Both the position numbers and the translations under genes were made by a program. A DNA stretch of 64,000 bases, taken from NCBI GenBank assembly GCA_038245295.1, contig JBBRSP010000006.1, forward strand, positions 174,021-238,020. The letters run 5' to 3'. The DNA comes from Candidatus Binatia bacterium (GTDB lineage Bacteria > Desulfobacterota > Binatia > HRBIN30). Of the stretch, positions 18,346-28,772 are shown piece after piece; within the stretch, counting starts at the first letter, position 1; every line of letters begins with the position of its first letter. Under the pieces are notes generated by a model. That model saw only the letters and a list, made by a program, of their open reading frames with translations, ran no database searches and was not told the origin of the DNA.

Positions 18346-19386
18346 TTGAGCGCACTTCGTAAAGCGTTCTGGGGCAATCTCTCGAATCGGCAGCGGCCAG
18401 GGACTCTTGATGGTGATCGCATAGTCGGCAGTCCCGCATTGGCAACTGCCGCAAAGTCTCACCACCTGCCAAAAGATCAGCGCATAAAGCGATCTGTCGA
18501 GATCCAACGGTCCTTCTCACTGATCTCGCCTCGAGCGCCGAACCAGTCGAGTACCGTACTGATGAGATCCGCAGCGACAGTGGGCATCCATTGCACGACG
18601 ACGTCGAGCGTTTGCCGTAAGCGGATTCCGGATCAGCCCCTGCGTGAAAGGATCAGCGATCCTCGCTTCGCAGATTTTAACGAAGGCGCTAGGTGGGACT
18701 CGGTAGGAGGTGGCGTTTGCGTGGCAATGACTATTGAAGATGTCGAGCAACGTGCCGGTCGCGTTCTCAACGCGCAACTCCGAAACCCGAATCGCGATGT
18801 TCAGGACGCGATGTTTCGCGTGCTATGCGCCAGAGTCGTAAAATTTGGCAACGCTGCCAGCATGCTGCGATCAGCGGGATATGCTGAGCCAGCAATGGTA
18901 ATGTTGCGATGCATTTACGAGACCTATCTGTGGACTCGTTGGATTCTGATAGATCCGAAAAACGCGCAGCAATATTGGGATATCGGCAAGCGAGAAGCGG
19001 CCCGATTAACTGGAAAAATGGTTGGACAATACGAGATCAAGATCCGTGACTTTCCAAAGGACTCGCACGTACGCCAGGCCTATAGTGACCGCCAGGCGAA
19101 GAGTATCGACCTTCCTGATCCATCGCGCCTAGCTGCAACTGTGGGGGTGCAGCGCCTTCACGACGCCGTCTATCCGCTTCTCTCGTGGATGACACATGGG
19201 AACATTCTTTCGCTCGGCGAAGGCATGCTTGCGTCGACGAACGGCCAGTCTGTTCCGACGGGGGCAAGCGAGCTGAACGTCATGTTGTTCGACGTCATGG
19301 CGGCAAGAGTCGGTGAGGCATGCGTCGAAATCCTCGAGACCTGGTCCGAACGCCACGAGGTTGCACCGCCGTTCATTTGGAAATGA
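18346..19386 (+). CDS. Hypothetical protein. The true start is possibly the internal M near 18727.
   Basis: ORF only. No recognisable motif. Divergent from the PHP-ATPase gene. Confidence 0.3.
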   Translation: MSALRKAFWGNLSNRQRPGTLDGDRIVGSPALATAAKSHHLPKDQRIKRSVEIQRSFSLISPRAPNQSSTVLMRSAATVGIHCTTTSSVCRKRIPDQPLRERISDPRFADFNEGARWDSVGGGVCVAMTIEDVEQRAGRVLNAQLRNPNRDVQDAMFRVLCARVVKFGNAASMLRSAGYAEPAMVMLRCIYETYLWTRWILIDPKNAQQYWDIGKREAARLTGKMVGQYEIKIRDFPKDSHVRQAYSDRQAKSIDLPDPSRLAATVGVQRLHDAVYPLLSWMTHGNILSLGEGMLASTNGQSVPTGASELNVMLFDVMAARVGEACVEILETWSERHEVAPPFIWK

Positions 19387-19724
19387 GCGCAAGTCGATCT
19401 AGCTGCACCGGGCGATCAGCTGACGTGGGGCACCCTGAACGGGGTGGTTACTGAAGCCCGACACTAGGTTCCGAACACGAAGTCTGTAGCCAACTCTGGG
19501 TCCAACGGCTCGACCGAAGCGCACAACTCTCCATACAGCGCCTCCCAGAGATCGCGCTCGCGACCCACCGCAGGTCGATCAAGCACGCGGCCCAACAGGC
19601 ACCGAACTCAACCATGACCGTTGGACTGCAGAACTCCTTGAAATGCTCAACCTCATAGCGCCCCGGCATTGGCCCGTTCCACGTGACTGGGCGGAAATCC
19701 TCCTGCGTCACCGGAATCCGATAC

Positions 19725-22610
19725 TCACCCTCGAACTCCGGTGGGGTTACCGCAACTTAGAGATCGGTCGACAGCCCGATCCGCGCGATCTGGAGGGCGG
19801 TTTCCTTGTCGCGCCAATTCGCAGCCGTTCAGCGCGTTGTTTACCGCCGCAATGATCTCGTTGATCGTGATGTCGCCCGACCCATCAATGTCGCCGGCAG
19901 CGCAGGCGGAGACATTCGCGTTTCCGAGAGCAATGTTGACCATCGTGATGATGTCGTTCACCGTGACGTCGCCCTCCTGGTCGCAGTTGCCCGCGCACGA
20001 GATTGGCGTGCGGGTTGGACTCGGAGAACCGGTCGCGGTGGGCGTAGGGATTCTTGACGGTGACGCTGTCGCGGTGGCAGTCGGCGTTCCGGTCGCGGAC
20101 GCACTGGGCGTAGGCGTGGCGGTATAGGTCGGGGTGATCGTCGCCGTTGCCGTTGGTATCGCCGTCGGTGTCTGCGTACCGGTCGCCGTGGGCGAGGTCG
20201 TTAGCGTTGCGGTCCCAGTCACCGTTGGTGTTGGTGTCGCGGTGAACGTCGCTGAGGGCGTGGCGGTAAGCGTCTGAGTTGGTGTCGCCGTAGCAGTAGC
20301 TGTTGGCGTCTGGCTCGGCGTCGCGGTACGCGTCCCCGTAGAGCTCGCCGTTACCGATGGCGTCGCGGTGAACGTTTGCGTCAATGTTGCGCTGAGTGTC
20401 GGCGTCGAACTCGGCGTAGCCGTTACCGTCGGTGTGTTGGATCTCGTTCCTGTTGGCGTTGGCGTGCCGGTCGGTGTGGACGTAGCTGTAACGGTGGCGG
20501 TCGATGTGTTCGATGGCGTAGCCGTGAATGTGCGTGTCGGCGTGGGAGTCTGGGTTGCTGTCCGCGTGGCGGTTGGCGTTGCGACCACCCCGAACGAGCT
20601 GACAGCGCTCTGCGTCTTGCGTCCCGCAACGTCGACCGCCTTCACAAACCACGTATGGGGACCAATGGTCAGCGGCACCAAGGGAACAAAGGCCGTCTGC
20701 AACACCGCGACGATGCACGGCGCACATTGGCCACCGGCGCCGCTGTCGATCCAGACTTCGTAGTTGGCAAGGCCGCTGCCGACATCGCTCGACGCCAACC
20801 ACGAGAAAGTGGGGAGAGACCCGGTGATGGTTGCCTGATCGGGCGGACTGACGAGCATGAAGGACGTTGGCGGTTGGGTGTCGACGTAGAACGTGAACGT
20901 TTCGAGCGAACGCGCTGTGTTGCCCACTTTGTCGAACGCCTCAATATACCACTGGTACGCGCCATCGGTGAGAGCCGATGGCGGCGTGGTGCAGGTACTC
21001 GATACAGTAATGTTGTCCCGGATGAGCGTGCCACCAAAGTAGAGGCGGTAGCCGACCACTCCAGAGACAGCATCCGTGGCGCCCGTCCAGCAAATCTGTG
21101 GCGTCAGACTCGACACAATCGCGCCATCGGCGGTACCAGGACTGAGACCGTTGAGGCGCAGGCCGGTGGGGGCGGTCGTATCGACTAGAAACGAAAACAG
21201 GTTGGTGCTGCTCGAATTGCCAGCTTGGTCGGTTGCGAGCACGGACCAATGGTGCAGTCCGTCGGCAAGCTTCATCGGAAACGTAAAGCTCGACGCCGCG
21301 AGCCCGGGATCAAAGACAGGGAAGGAATCGAGGTACACTCCTTGGCGGGCAAGGCCGCTCTCGGTGTCAGACGCGATCTGCCACTGGACGGTTGGCATTT
21401 GGTTTGTGATGTAAGACCCATGTGCGGGCGCCGGACTAAACGCCGGGAAGACCGGTGCGGTCGAATCGATGCGCACGGTACGGGCCGGCGCTGTGGCGCT
21501 GTTGCCAACTTTATCCACCGCAGAGGCAGACCAGGTATGCGTGCCGTTCGTCAGGGCCGAGAAAACGCCGAAAGTGAACGAGGAGGCATTCGTCTCCGCT
21601 GCCGGTACGGTTGTTCGAACCTGTCCATCGATTGTCAGGTCGTAGTGATCCAATCCGGACGGTGAGGGGCTGGCTCCGTCGCTCGTCGGTGCCCACTGGA
21701 AGCTAAACGCAGAGTTCCCGGATTTCCATGCCAGGTCGTCGGGAGCCGTCAGTGCAAAAGGCGCGGGCGGCGTGGCGTCAACGTTCACGGTGAACGTATT
21801 GGGAGACTGCGTACACGTCCCGAGTGAATCACAGGCTTGGATCGTCCAGGCATGCACCCCTTCGCTCAATTGTTCGGAGACGGTGAGCGTATAGCTTTGA
21901 ATCGTTGGCGGGATGTTGTTCTTCTGCACCGCTCCATCTACTCGAAGGACATACTTGGCCACCGAGAAATCTGAAGGAGGCTCCGCCCAGATGAACGTGC
22001 AGGACCGCCTGCAGAATCCGTTCTGGACGGGTTGGATCAAATCGAGGGGCGGCGACGTGTTCAAGAAGCTGGTGAAGTACGTGTTCATGTAGGACCCGCC
22101 CGAGCCATTTTCGACCGCCACCGCGATCAGATTCGTTTCACCCGGAATGAGATCCGCACTGATGTCGAGATTGATCCGAGAACCGGAACAACCTCCGGTG
22201 TTGCCAACGCATCCAAAACCGAAGCAATTGCCGCCCCAGTGCCCTTTGTAGGCGTTGTTCACGTAAACATCGATCCCGTCGTCGCTGTCGAAAGAGATTG
22301 TCGCATTGGCCAGGCCGCCGGGGACAAATGTCCCGCGGTAGAAGCGCGTCCGGCTTCCCGGAATGTCGTTGTGGGCAGGAAGCGAGATTGCGCTCCACGA
22401 CGAGTCGTCGAAGGCGGGATGGTACCAAGCGTTGCCGGCGCCATCGGTTGGTCCACTGCAGCTGGTGCTGATGGGTGAAGCACGCCAAATAATCGTTGGC
22501 GCGGCCATCGTCGGATTGCAGAGAGGTCCGACACACAAGCCAGCGACTGCGGTCGCGACAACCGACCAGAAGAACAACCGATGAAGAAGAACCCGGGCAA
22601 CTCTCGTCAT
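19725..22610 (-). CDS. Large secreted multi-domain protein: signal peptide, Ig/FN3-like repeats, PT-rich linker, C-terminal tandem dockerin-like repeats
   Basis: Long [15 protein letters not shown]... linker. C-terminus has [19 protein letters not shown] and [25 protein letters not shown] (dockerin type I-like EF-hand pair). Confidence 0.5.
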   Translation of the reverse strand: MTRVARVLLHRLFFWSVVATAVAGLCVGPLCNPTMAAPTIIWRASPISTSCSGPTDGAGNAWYHPAFDDSSWSAISLPAHNDIPGSRTRFYRGTFVPGGLANATISFDSDDGIDVYVNNAYKGHWGGNCFGFGCVGNTGGCSGSRINLDISADLIPGETNLIAVAVENGSGGSYMNTYFTSFLNTSPPLDLIQPVQNGFCRRSCTFIWAEPPSDFSVAKYVLRVDGAVQKNNIPPTIQSYTLTVSEQLSEGVHAWTIQACDSLGTCTQSPNTFTVNVDATPPAPFALTAPDDLAWKSGNSAFSFQWAPTSDGASPSPSGLDHYDLTIDGQVRTTVPAAETNASSFTFGVFSALTNGTHTWSASAVDKVGNSATAPARTVRIDSTAPVFPAFSPAPAHGSYITNQMPTVQWQIASDTESGLARQGVYLDSFPVFDPGLAASSFTFPMKLADGLHHWSVLATDQAGNSSSTNLFSFLVDTTAPTGLRLNGLSPGTADGAIVSSLTPQICWTGATDAVSGVVGYRLYFGGTLIRDNITVSSTCTTPPSALTDGAYQWYIEAFDKVGNTARSLETFTFYVDTQPPTSFMLVSPPDQATITGSLPTFSWLASSDVGSGLANYEVWIDSGAGGQCAPCIVAVLQTAFVPLVPLTIGPHTWFVKAVDVAGRKTQSAVSSFGVVATPTATRTATQTPTPTRTFTATPSNTSTATVTATSTPTGTPTPTGTRSNTPTVTATPSSTPTLSATLTQTFTATPSVTASSTGTRTATPSQTPTATATATPTQTLTATPSATFTATPTPTVTGTATLTTSPTATGTQTPTAIPTATATITPTYTATPTPSASATGTPTATATASPSRIPTPTATGSPSPTRTPISCAGNCDQEGDVTVNDIITMVNIALGNANVSACAAGDIDGSGDITINEIIAAVNNALNGCELARQGNRPPDRADRAVDRSLSCGNPTGVRG

Positions 22611-22712
22611 TTGCTCCCCCTAAACTGTGCTCGCTCGTGTCATTCACCGCAGTGACCAAGCCCGAGACGCCGAGCTTCTACACATGTGTAGAAGCAAATC
22701 AAGCACTCTAGA

Positions 22713-22955
22713 TTGATGCGGAGAACATCGGGCTTTCTGGCGGTGCGTTTGGCGCGAGGGTTGGCAGGGTTTCGCGGCGACGCCTCGCAGAATCAGTTTG
22801 CCAAGAAACTTGGCATTTCAAATGCCTCGCTGAACCGGATCGAGAATCGCAGTCAGAACGTGTCCCTGAAAACTCTCGAGACGCTCTGCCGGCGTCTCAA
22901 CTGCGACATTGCCGATCTGTTTCCGTCGGAAGACCCGCCGAGAAGCACGCGATAG
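22713..22955 (+). CDS. XRE-family HTH regulator
   Basis: QNQFAKKLGISNASLNRIENRSQNVSLKTLETLCRRLNCDIADLF. Confidence 0.55.
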   Translation: MMRRTSGFLAVRLARGLAGFRGDASQNQFAKKLGISNASLNRIENRSQNVSLKTLETLCRRLNCDIADLFPSEDPPRSTR

Positions 22956-22973
22956 AGAGCGCGCCCCAACGAG

Positions 22974-23210
22974 CTAGCCCGGCGTCCATCCGCGGACTTT
23001 CATGCACCGCACGAACATCTCCTTCCGCAGGGCGGGGCCGAACGGATTGTTCGCCGGCTGCGCTTGCCTCGCCTGGAGCTCGCACTCGTAAGCGTCCTTA
23101 TCGAGATCGGCTTGCGACCAATTTGGTTTCGTCCAGGTGGCCGTGGATACGCAGCCACTACTCAAGAGAAGTGTGATCACTGTGAGACGGACGAACAGCC
23201 TGCTCCGCAC
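22974..23210 (-). CDS. Small lipoprotein
   Basis: Signal peptide with a lipobox LLSSGC. 78 aa. Confidence 0.4.
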   Translation of the reverse strand: MRSRLFVRLTVITLLLSSGCVSTATWTKPNWSQADLDKDAYECELQARQAQPANNPFGPALRKEMFVRCMKVRGWTPG

Positions 23211-23407
23211 AATGCTCTCCTAGATTGAGCGGCACCGCTCCAGGCGGCCAAACTCTTTCCAATGGGATGCCAAATAGCACTTATGCAGTGTGTTGGCAAT
23301 CCATTTTGCATCGCAATGCAGTGCATATTGGCGCTTTGGCAATGCGACGCACTGTGGCCGACAGACCCCGATTCATTCCATCTTCAGGTTCCCCGGAGGT
23401 AGCCAGG

Positions 23408-23728
23408 ATGGACAACCGAGTGGCACTTGGCCTGCGAATCAAGGAGTTGCGAAAAGCGCGTTCGCTCTCTCAGGAAGCCTTGGCGGAGAAGATGGAGGTA
23501 CATCCCAAGTACCTCGGATCGGTCGAACGCGGCGAGCAGAATCCCACCATGGAGTTTCTCGAGAAAACAGCGCTTGCGCTTAGAGTCGACCTATCGGCGC
23601 TGTTCAATTGTCCCTGGCAGAGGATGAATGAGAGTGACCTCAAGAAGAAGCTCCACGCCCTTGTCGAAAAGTCGACCCTGGAGAGCCTTCGCGAAGTCTT
23701 AGCTATCCTGAAGTCGCGAGAGTTATAG
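23408..23728 (+). CDS. XRE-family HTH regulator
   Basis: Start MDNRVALG at 23408 with a GGAGGT RBS. LRKARSLSQEALAEKMEVHPKYLGSVERGEQNPTMEFLEKTALAL. Confidence 0.55.
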   Translation: MDNRVALGLRIKELRKARSLSQEALAEKMEVHPKYLGSVERGEQNPTMEFLEKTALALRVDLSALFNCPWQRMNESDLKKKLHALVEKSTLESLREVLAILKSREL

Positions 23729-23801
23729 TCGAGAGTTCCGGCGCGAGTGTGCCGGCGAGATCGGAATGCTCCTTGTCATCGGGTGTGCTTAGACTCCATG
23801 T

Positions 23802-24572
23802 TTGTTGCCTACCCCGCCATTGGTCGCGCGAGGCCGCTCCCGGAAGGCGTCTGCGTCAAGGGGTAACGAGGTGAATTCGGACGTCGACCCCGACCTTCAA
23901 CCGATCGAGTTGGCTGTCCGGCTGCTTCAGAATCGCTGGGCCGGAATCTTCGGCGCAGTTGCCGCCGTCCATCCAAGCGTACAATTCGATTGGGTGGACG
24001 AGGCCCGTGCGCAGGGTATGTCCCCGGTACGCAGAGCGGACTTTATTGGCGGACGACTCGCGGCGAGGCAGGCATTGGTTGCAGCTGGTTTGGTCGACGG
24101 AACCATCTCAGTTGATGATGACGGTGGCCCGATTTTCCCTCGCGGCTATACTGGCAGTATCGCGCATAAGCATGGTCGGGCGGTCGCCGTCGTGGGGCGA
24201 ACAGGGAGCTACGACGGCATCGGTGTTGACCTGGAGTATGATGAGGACCGTGATGAGGATAAGTTGGCGGCAGAGGTTGTCACCGCGTCGGAGGAGCGCC
24301 GGCTGCTGGACCTGCGCGCCGTCGAACCGATTCTCTCCTCGCCCGCGACACTGATTCTCGCCGCAAAGGAGGCCGTATACAAGGCCGCCTTCCCGATCAC
24401 CCGGAAGGACTTCTCGTTCGACGAGGTGGAACTGATCTTCGCGTCGGACTCCCGATCTTTTGATGCCGTTTGCTTTCCCGGTTACGAGCTGGTCTCCGTC
24501 TCTGGGTCGTACGAAATCGTGAGTCGGTGGATTGTGACGATAGCCGTCGCCCTCCCAGGTTCATACGTTTGA
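23802..24572 (+). CDS. 4'-phosphopantetheinyl transferase (Sfp/EntD type). The true start is possibly near 24018.
   Basis: Motifs GSIAHKHG, GIGVDLEY and AKEAVYKA (PPTase signatures). Confidence 0.55.
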   Translation: MLPTPPLVARGRSRKASASRGNEVNSDVDPDLQPIELAVRLLQNRWAGIFGAVAAVHPSVQFDWVDEARAQGMSPVRRADFIGGRLAARQALVAAGLVDGTISVDDDGGPIFPRGYTGSIAHKHGRAVAVVGRTGSYDGIGVDLEYDEDRDEDKLAAEVVTASEERRLLDLRAVEPILSSPATLILAAKEAVYKAAFPITRKDFSFDEVELIFASDSRSFDAVCFPGYELVSVSGSYEIVSRWIVTIAVALPGSYV

Positions 24573-24629
24573 CAATCAAACAAGTCTCTGCCATTATGTT
24601 CGACATTCGAACAGACGTGGAGGGCGCGA

Positions 24630-24989
24630 ATGTCGCTCAAATACACCCCGACGATCAACAAGCAAGAATTCGATGCAGTGGCGGAAGAACTGAGGAAGCG
24701 TTTGAAGCTCAGATACGAGATGTCGAAGAACGACGCGGATAAACCTCCGATCAACCCGGCAACGATGGGTGCCTTTGATCACCTGCCTGATCTCGATTCC
24801 AAGACTGTCGCGCGGTGGTCTTCCGACGTGCAGACATTTCTAGGTTGCAAGCTCAATCCTCGGTTAATCCGAAAGGGTGGGTACAATTCGTTTGATGATT
24901 TCTGGACAGACGTGTCTGCGAAGCTACGTGAGACGTGTTCTGAAGTCCGTAGCACGTTCACGTCAGAGCAAGCAGGAGCTGCACTATGA
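24630..24989 (+). CDS. Hypothetical small protein (119 aa), locally lower GC
   Basis: ORF whose stop overlaps the next HTH gene start (ATGA). Confidence 0.3.
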   Translation: MSLKYTPTINKQEFDAVAEELRKRLKLRYEMSKNDADKPPINPATMGAFDHLPDLDSKTVARWSSDVQTFLGCKLNPRLIRKGGYNSFDDFWTDVSAKLRETCSEVRSTFTSEQAGAAL

Positions 24990-25318
24990 GCGATGAGAAA
25001 CGCAAGAAATTGGCCGAACGCCTGCGAATGGCGCGCGAGGCGGCGAAACTCTCACAGGATGATGTTGCCCGAGAGCTCCTACTTCCTCGCCCGGCTATCT
25101 CACAGATCGAGAATGGGCATCGACGCGTGGAGGCGTTGGAACTGGCGCGCCTCGCGAAGCTTTATGGACGTCCCCTCGGCTTTTTTGCGGACGAAGAACC
25201 AATGGGTGCCGATGCGCTGTACCGCACTACGGCGGCCCTTTCGGAAAAGGATCGCGCCGAGGTGCTTCGATTCGCCGAGTTCCTTCGTCAAAAGGCCGAT
25301 GACACGGGGGAGCCGTGA
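24986..25318 (+). CDS. XRE-family HTH regulator (ImmR-like partner of the ImmA peptidase)
   Basis: LRMAREAAKLSQDDVARELLLPRPAISQIENGHRRVEALELARLAKLY. Immediately upstream of, and overlapping, the ImmA-like gene. Confidence 0.6.
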   Translation: MSDEKRKKLAERLRMAREAAKLSQDDVARELLLPRPAISQIENGHRRVEALELARLAKLYGRPLGFFADEEPMGADALYRTTAALSEKDRAEVLRFAEFLRQKADDTGEP

Positions 25319-26325
25319 TGGTCGAAGTTGTGCGAGAGGCGATTCTGCGTGGCATAGGCGGTGCTGCGGAGGCTCATGATGCTTTCAGGTTTCGGCAGCG
25401 CCATGAGGATGGCCTGCGTGCAATCGATGTCTTCGGCGTCATCGCGGAGCTAAAGCTCCCACTTGCGTTTCAGGCTCTCGACGAATTGTTGGGCGCGTGT
25501 ATCAGGGTGAGCAGCAGTGAAGTTGGAATCCTTGTCACTTCGCAACGTGATCTACACATGCAGCGTTTCACTGCGGCTCATGAGCTTGGGCACTTCGTCT
25601 TGGAGCATGAAGGCAGCCTAGACCGCGAGATCCGGTTGCCCGGCGATACGAAGGGGCGTGATCCGCGCGAGATCGAAGCCGACGCATTCGCCGCGGAATT
25701 CTTGATGCCCAAATGGCTCGTCAAAGCTGCGGCCCAGCGACGGCATTGGTGGGGTGACGACCTGTTGCGGATCCCGGAAGTCGTCTACCAACTCTCACTC
25801 CGACTTGCCGTCAGCTATGAGGCTACATGTTGGGGATTGGCTGCCCACGACTTTGTCCGACGTGATGTAGCAAGAGCCCTCACTGTCAAAAAACTGAAGG
25901 ACGTCAAGAAGAAGGTCCTTAGAGGTGTTCCGCTAGGCGACCCATGGGCCGACGTTTGGCAACTCGGTTCGGGAGACGATGGTGCTCAGCTCGACGCTGG
26001 CCCAAACGATCTCTTCGTCTTCGAACTCGCGGAAAGGGCCGCATCGGGATTCCGATGGGATGTGCAATCCGCAATCGATACGGGCTTCGCCCTTCTCGCC
26101 GACACGAGCGAGTTCGACGAGCGGGTGGTTGGTGGACAAAGCGAGCGGCGTTTGGTCCTCAGCGCGCCTCCGCCAGGCACTTATGAGCTTCACTTGCCGT
26201 TGCGGCGCTCCTTTGAGGCAACACCAGCCAACGGAACAGCGTTCAGTATCTCGATTTGTACGATCGGAACTCGACGCGACGAGTATCCGGCGGAGTTTTC
26301 TACGGCGGTAAGCACAGTGCACTAA
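25315..26325 (+). CDS. ImmA/IrrE-family Zn-metallopeptidase domain protein with an extra C-terminal domain
   Basis: HEXXH motif AAHELGHFVLEH and downstream EIEADAFAAEFLMP. The stop TAA overlaps the next ATG (TAATG). Confidence 0.6.
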   Translation: MMVEVVREAILRGIGGAAEAHDAFRFRQRHEDGLRAIDVFGVIAELKLPLAFQALDELLGACIRVSSSEVGILVTSQRDLHMQRFTAAHELGHFVLEHEGSLDREIRLPGDTKGRDPREIEADAFAAEFLMPKWLVKAAAQRRHWWGDDLLRIPEVVYQLSLRLAVSYEATCWGLAAHDFVRRDVARALTVKKLKDVKKKVLRGVPLGDPWADVWQLGSGDDGAQLDAGPNDLFVFELAERAASGFRWDVQSAIDTGFALLADTSEFDERVVGGQSERRLVLSAPPPGTYELHLPLRRSFEATPANGTAFSISICTIGTRRDEYPAEFSTAVSTVH

Positions 26326-26948
26326 TGGAAGTGATCCACGTGCTGCCTTCGGTTCGGGATCAGGGTGAGAGGGGAACTTGCCTCAGTATCGCAATGACCG
26401 ACGGACATCACGCGTCGCGCGCTGAGCCGCCCCCGCTGGCTGTCGACTTCCTGCATTTCAATGCGTCAACCCTCGCCGGGGTTGGTATCAATGATGCGGT
26501 CCCTGTGACCGCCGCGATGCTGGCACTCGAGGACGATGGCCAACCGATGGAGTCGGAGTGTCCATACTCCCCTATTGCGCTCCCAAGTACGTGGCTACCG
26601 CCGAAGACAATTGGCAAAATCTGGCGCCAGAAGACGGCCGTGCAATACAAGCATCCATGGGCGGTTATTGCAGCGCACGTCGGCATCGGCCAAGCGGCCG
26701 TCCTCGCGTTGAAAATCGACGACGCCTTTTGGAGCCCGGTGAATGGAGTCATTGATACCCCGATTGGTCCACCTCGGGCATTGCACGCCGTCCTCGCTGT
26801 AACCGCGGCCACTACTCCTCCGACTCGTGTTCTTGTGCGCAATAGCTGGGGTCCGAATTGGGGCGTCGGCGGTTACTCGTGGCTTTCCTCAGCATACGTG
26901 GCGGCATACTGTTTAGCGGTGATCACATTCCAAGGAGCGATTGAATGA
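26325..26948 (+). CDS. Papain-like (C1 family) cysteine peptidase, no pro-domain
   Basis: Cys motif DQGERGTCLSIAMT (compare QGxCGSCWAF). His/Asn region HAVLAV...VLVRNSWGPNWGVGGYSWL (compare NSWGxxWGExGY). Confidence 0.5.
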   Translation: MEVIHVLPSVRDQGERGTCLSIAMTDGHHASRAEPPPLAVDFLHFNASTLAGVGINDAVPVTAAMLALEDDGQPMESECPYSPIALPSTWLPPKTIGKIWRQKTAVQYKHPWAVIAAHVGIGQAAVLALKIDDAFWSPVNGVIDTPIGPPRALHAVLAVTAATTPPTRVLVRNSWGPNWGVGGYSWLSSAYVAAYCLAVITFQGAIE

Positions 26949-27745
26949 CACCAATAGTTCAGACGACCTGCGAACTCGCTTGGCTTGAGGCAGCCGAACA
27001 CCTTGCGCAGGTCAGCGACAATAGTGAGTACAACCTTGTCGTCGAAATCGCGAAGCCGACGTGGCATACGGCTGCAGACCTGCGCGTGCGCGCGACGGTC
27101 GACCAGTTTCTTCGTCGCCACAACACCCACCCGATCTCTACCGTGGCGGGCACTATATTTCCGGCGGCCGAGTACGTAAATCACGGCGTTCGTGGAGTGT
27201 ATGAATTCTACCCCGAGCAGGTATATCCCGCGATCAAGGAATCCACGGAATGGGGCCGATATGCGTACCGCCTGGTCCGCTGGGAGACTGCCTCGGGTAG
27301 AGTCATTAACCCTCTCGAGATCCTCATTGGGAAGATGAAGCAGCAACTCACGAATGGCAGACGCATGAGGGCGTGCTATGAGCTGTCCCTCGCGGATTCG
27401 GCGATTGACCTTCCGCTCTATGATCCGACTATTGATGCTCATCAAGCTCGTGGTGGTCCTTGCCTCTCCCATGTGAGTTTGAAGCTCGGCGCAGCGGACA
27501 CCCTCTACCTCACGGCGTTGTACCGCTCGCACTCGTACGTCGCGCGAGCGCTTGGGAATTTTCTTGGACTTGCAGATCTTCAAGCGTTCATCTGTGAACA
27601 GACGGGACTCTCCCCAGGACCGCTGATGAGCGTCTCGAGTTACTCCCGGCTTGAGACCGACGGCGGATGGTCGCGGGGGGAGGCGCTCCATCTCGTGAGG
27701 GATGCGCGCTCAGCATTCAACGGGGCAGTTCATGCGGCTGCGTGA
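26945..27745 (+). CDS. Thymidylate synthase / dCMP-dUMP hydroxymethylase-fold protein (divergent)
   Basis: GGPCLSHVSLKLGAADTLYLTALYRSHSYVARALGNFLGLADLQAF aligns by eye to E. coli ThyA [41 protein letters not shown]. The catalytic Cys is retained. The RSCD Asp is not conserved. Confidence 0.45.
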   Translation: MTPIVQTTCELAWLEAAEHLAQVSDNSEYNLVVEIAKPTWHTAADLRVRATVDQFLRRHNTHPISTVAGTIFPAAEYVNHGVRGVYEFYPEQVYPAIKESTEWGRYAYRLVRWETASGRVINPLEILIGKMKQQLTNGRRMRACYELSLADSAIDLPLYDPTIDAHQARGGPCLSHVSLKLGAADTLYLTALYRSHSYVARALGNFLGLADLQAFICEQTGLSPGPLMSVSSYSRLETDGGWSRGEALHLVRDARSAFNGAVHAAA

Positions 27746-28772
27746 ATACCAAGCGGCAGCCAAGAGCACCGATCAGTTCCCGAAAACGAAAGCGATCAAG
27801 GGGGCGAACAGCTCGCTTCAAAAGGCCGAACTGGTGCCACTCCTCGGCTTGACTGGCGAGATCGGTGCGTTGCTTTCCGAGTACAAGAAACTGCTTCGAG
27901 ATGGTCCCATTCATCTGCGGTTTTCTGATCGTCTCAAAGAGGAACTCGGCGACATCCTTTGGTATGTGGCGACTGTAGCGACAAAGTTCGATCTGCCCCT
28001 GGAGGAGATCGCTCGTCTGAACCTAAAGAAAGTGGCCGACCGATGGTCAAAGCCTCGACGCCGTGAGCCGTTGGACACATCCTACCCGCCCAACGAACGG
28101 CTGCCGCGAAGGTTTACGTACCGGTTCACCTACGAACATCGGAAGGACCTAACGCGGGGCGTTGCTGTCGTCGATCACGACGGCACGCGCATCGGCGACC
28201 TGCTTACGGACAACGCTCACGAGAACGATGGCTATCGATTTCACGACGTCATGCATTTCGCGTTCGTGGCGTTGCTTGGTTGGTCGCCTGTCGTACGCAA
28301 GCTTTTGCAGAGAAAACGCAAGAGCATCCGGAGCTCGGACGAAGTTGAGGACGGGGGGCGGGCAGGAGTCGTAGACGAAGCGATTGTGGCGATGGTGTTC
28401 GACTATATTCAGCATGACCTCGCTTCAACAACCGGAATGACCCGTATCGACTCCGATACTCTCCGCAGCATTCGCGCCCTTACCCGAGGGTTTGAAGTCA
28501 ACGTGCGAACCGAAGCGGAGTGGGAAGAGGCGATCCTGAAGGGCATCGAGGTATGGCGGCAGATCGAGGCTCACGATGGCGGAACAGTGGTCGGAGACTT
28601 TACGCGTCGCTCCTTCACGTTCAGTCCGAAGGGTGGACGAAGTCGAAGGAGATCTGCTCACGTCGCGAACCCCGTGCCGCGCCGTCGTAGGGCAAAGGAG
28701 CCCCGTTCAACTTCCACTTCGGTGGGTAGAACTGGGGTAGCGGATCGAGACTCGGCGAGAAGTTCTGTTTGA
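27732..28772 (+). CDS. MazG-like all-alpha NTP pyrophosphohydrolase domain protein with an unknown C-terminal domain
   Basis: Start MRLREYQ. Motifs LGLTGEIGALLSEYKK and EELGDILWYVA (EExGE / EELGDxLW MazG/HisE signatures). Confidence 0.55.
   Translation: MRLREYQAAAKSTDQFPKTKAIKGANSSLQKAELVPLLGLTGEIGALLSEYKKLLRDGPIHLRFSDRLKEELGDILWYVATVATKFDLPLEEIARLNLKKVADRWSKPRRREPLDTSYPPNERLPRRFTYRFTYEHRKDLTRGVAVVDHDGTRIGDLLTDNAHENDGYRFHDVMHFAFVALLGWSPVVRKLLQRKRKSIRSSDEVEDGGRAGVVDEAIVAMVFDYIQHDLASTTGMTRIDSDTLRSIRALTRGFEVNVRTEAEWEEAILKGIEVWRQIEAHDGGTVVGDFTRRSFTFSPKGGRSRRRSAHVANPVPRRRRAKEPRSTSTSVGRTGVADRDSARSSV

Noticed and set aside
19885-21188. ORFs 19885-20802 (-), 20376-21188 (+), 20368-20763 (+) and 19741-20127 (+) in the PT-linker region
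   Set aside because: They are low-complexity translations of the Pro/Thr-linker DNA of the real 961-aa secreted protein (19725-22610).
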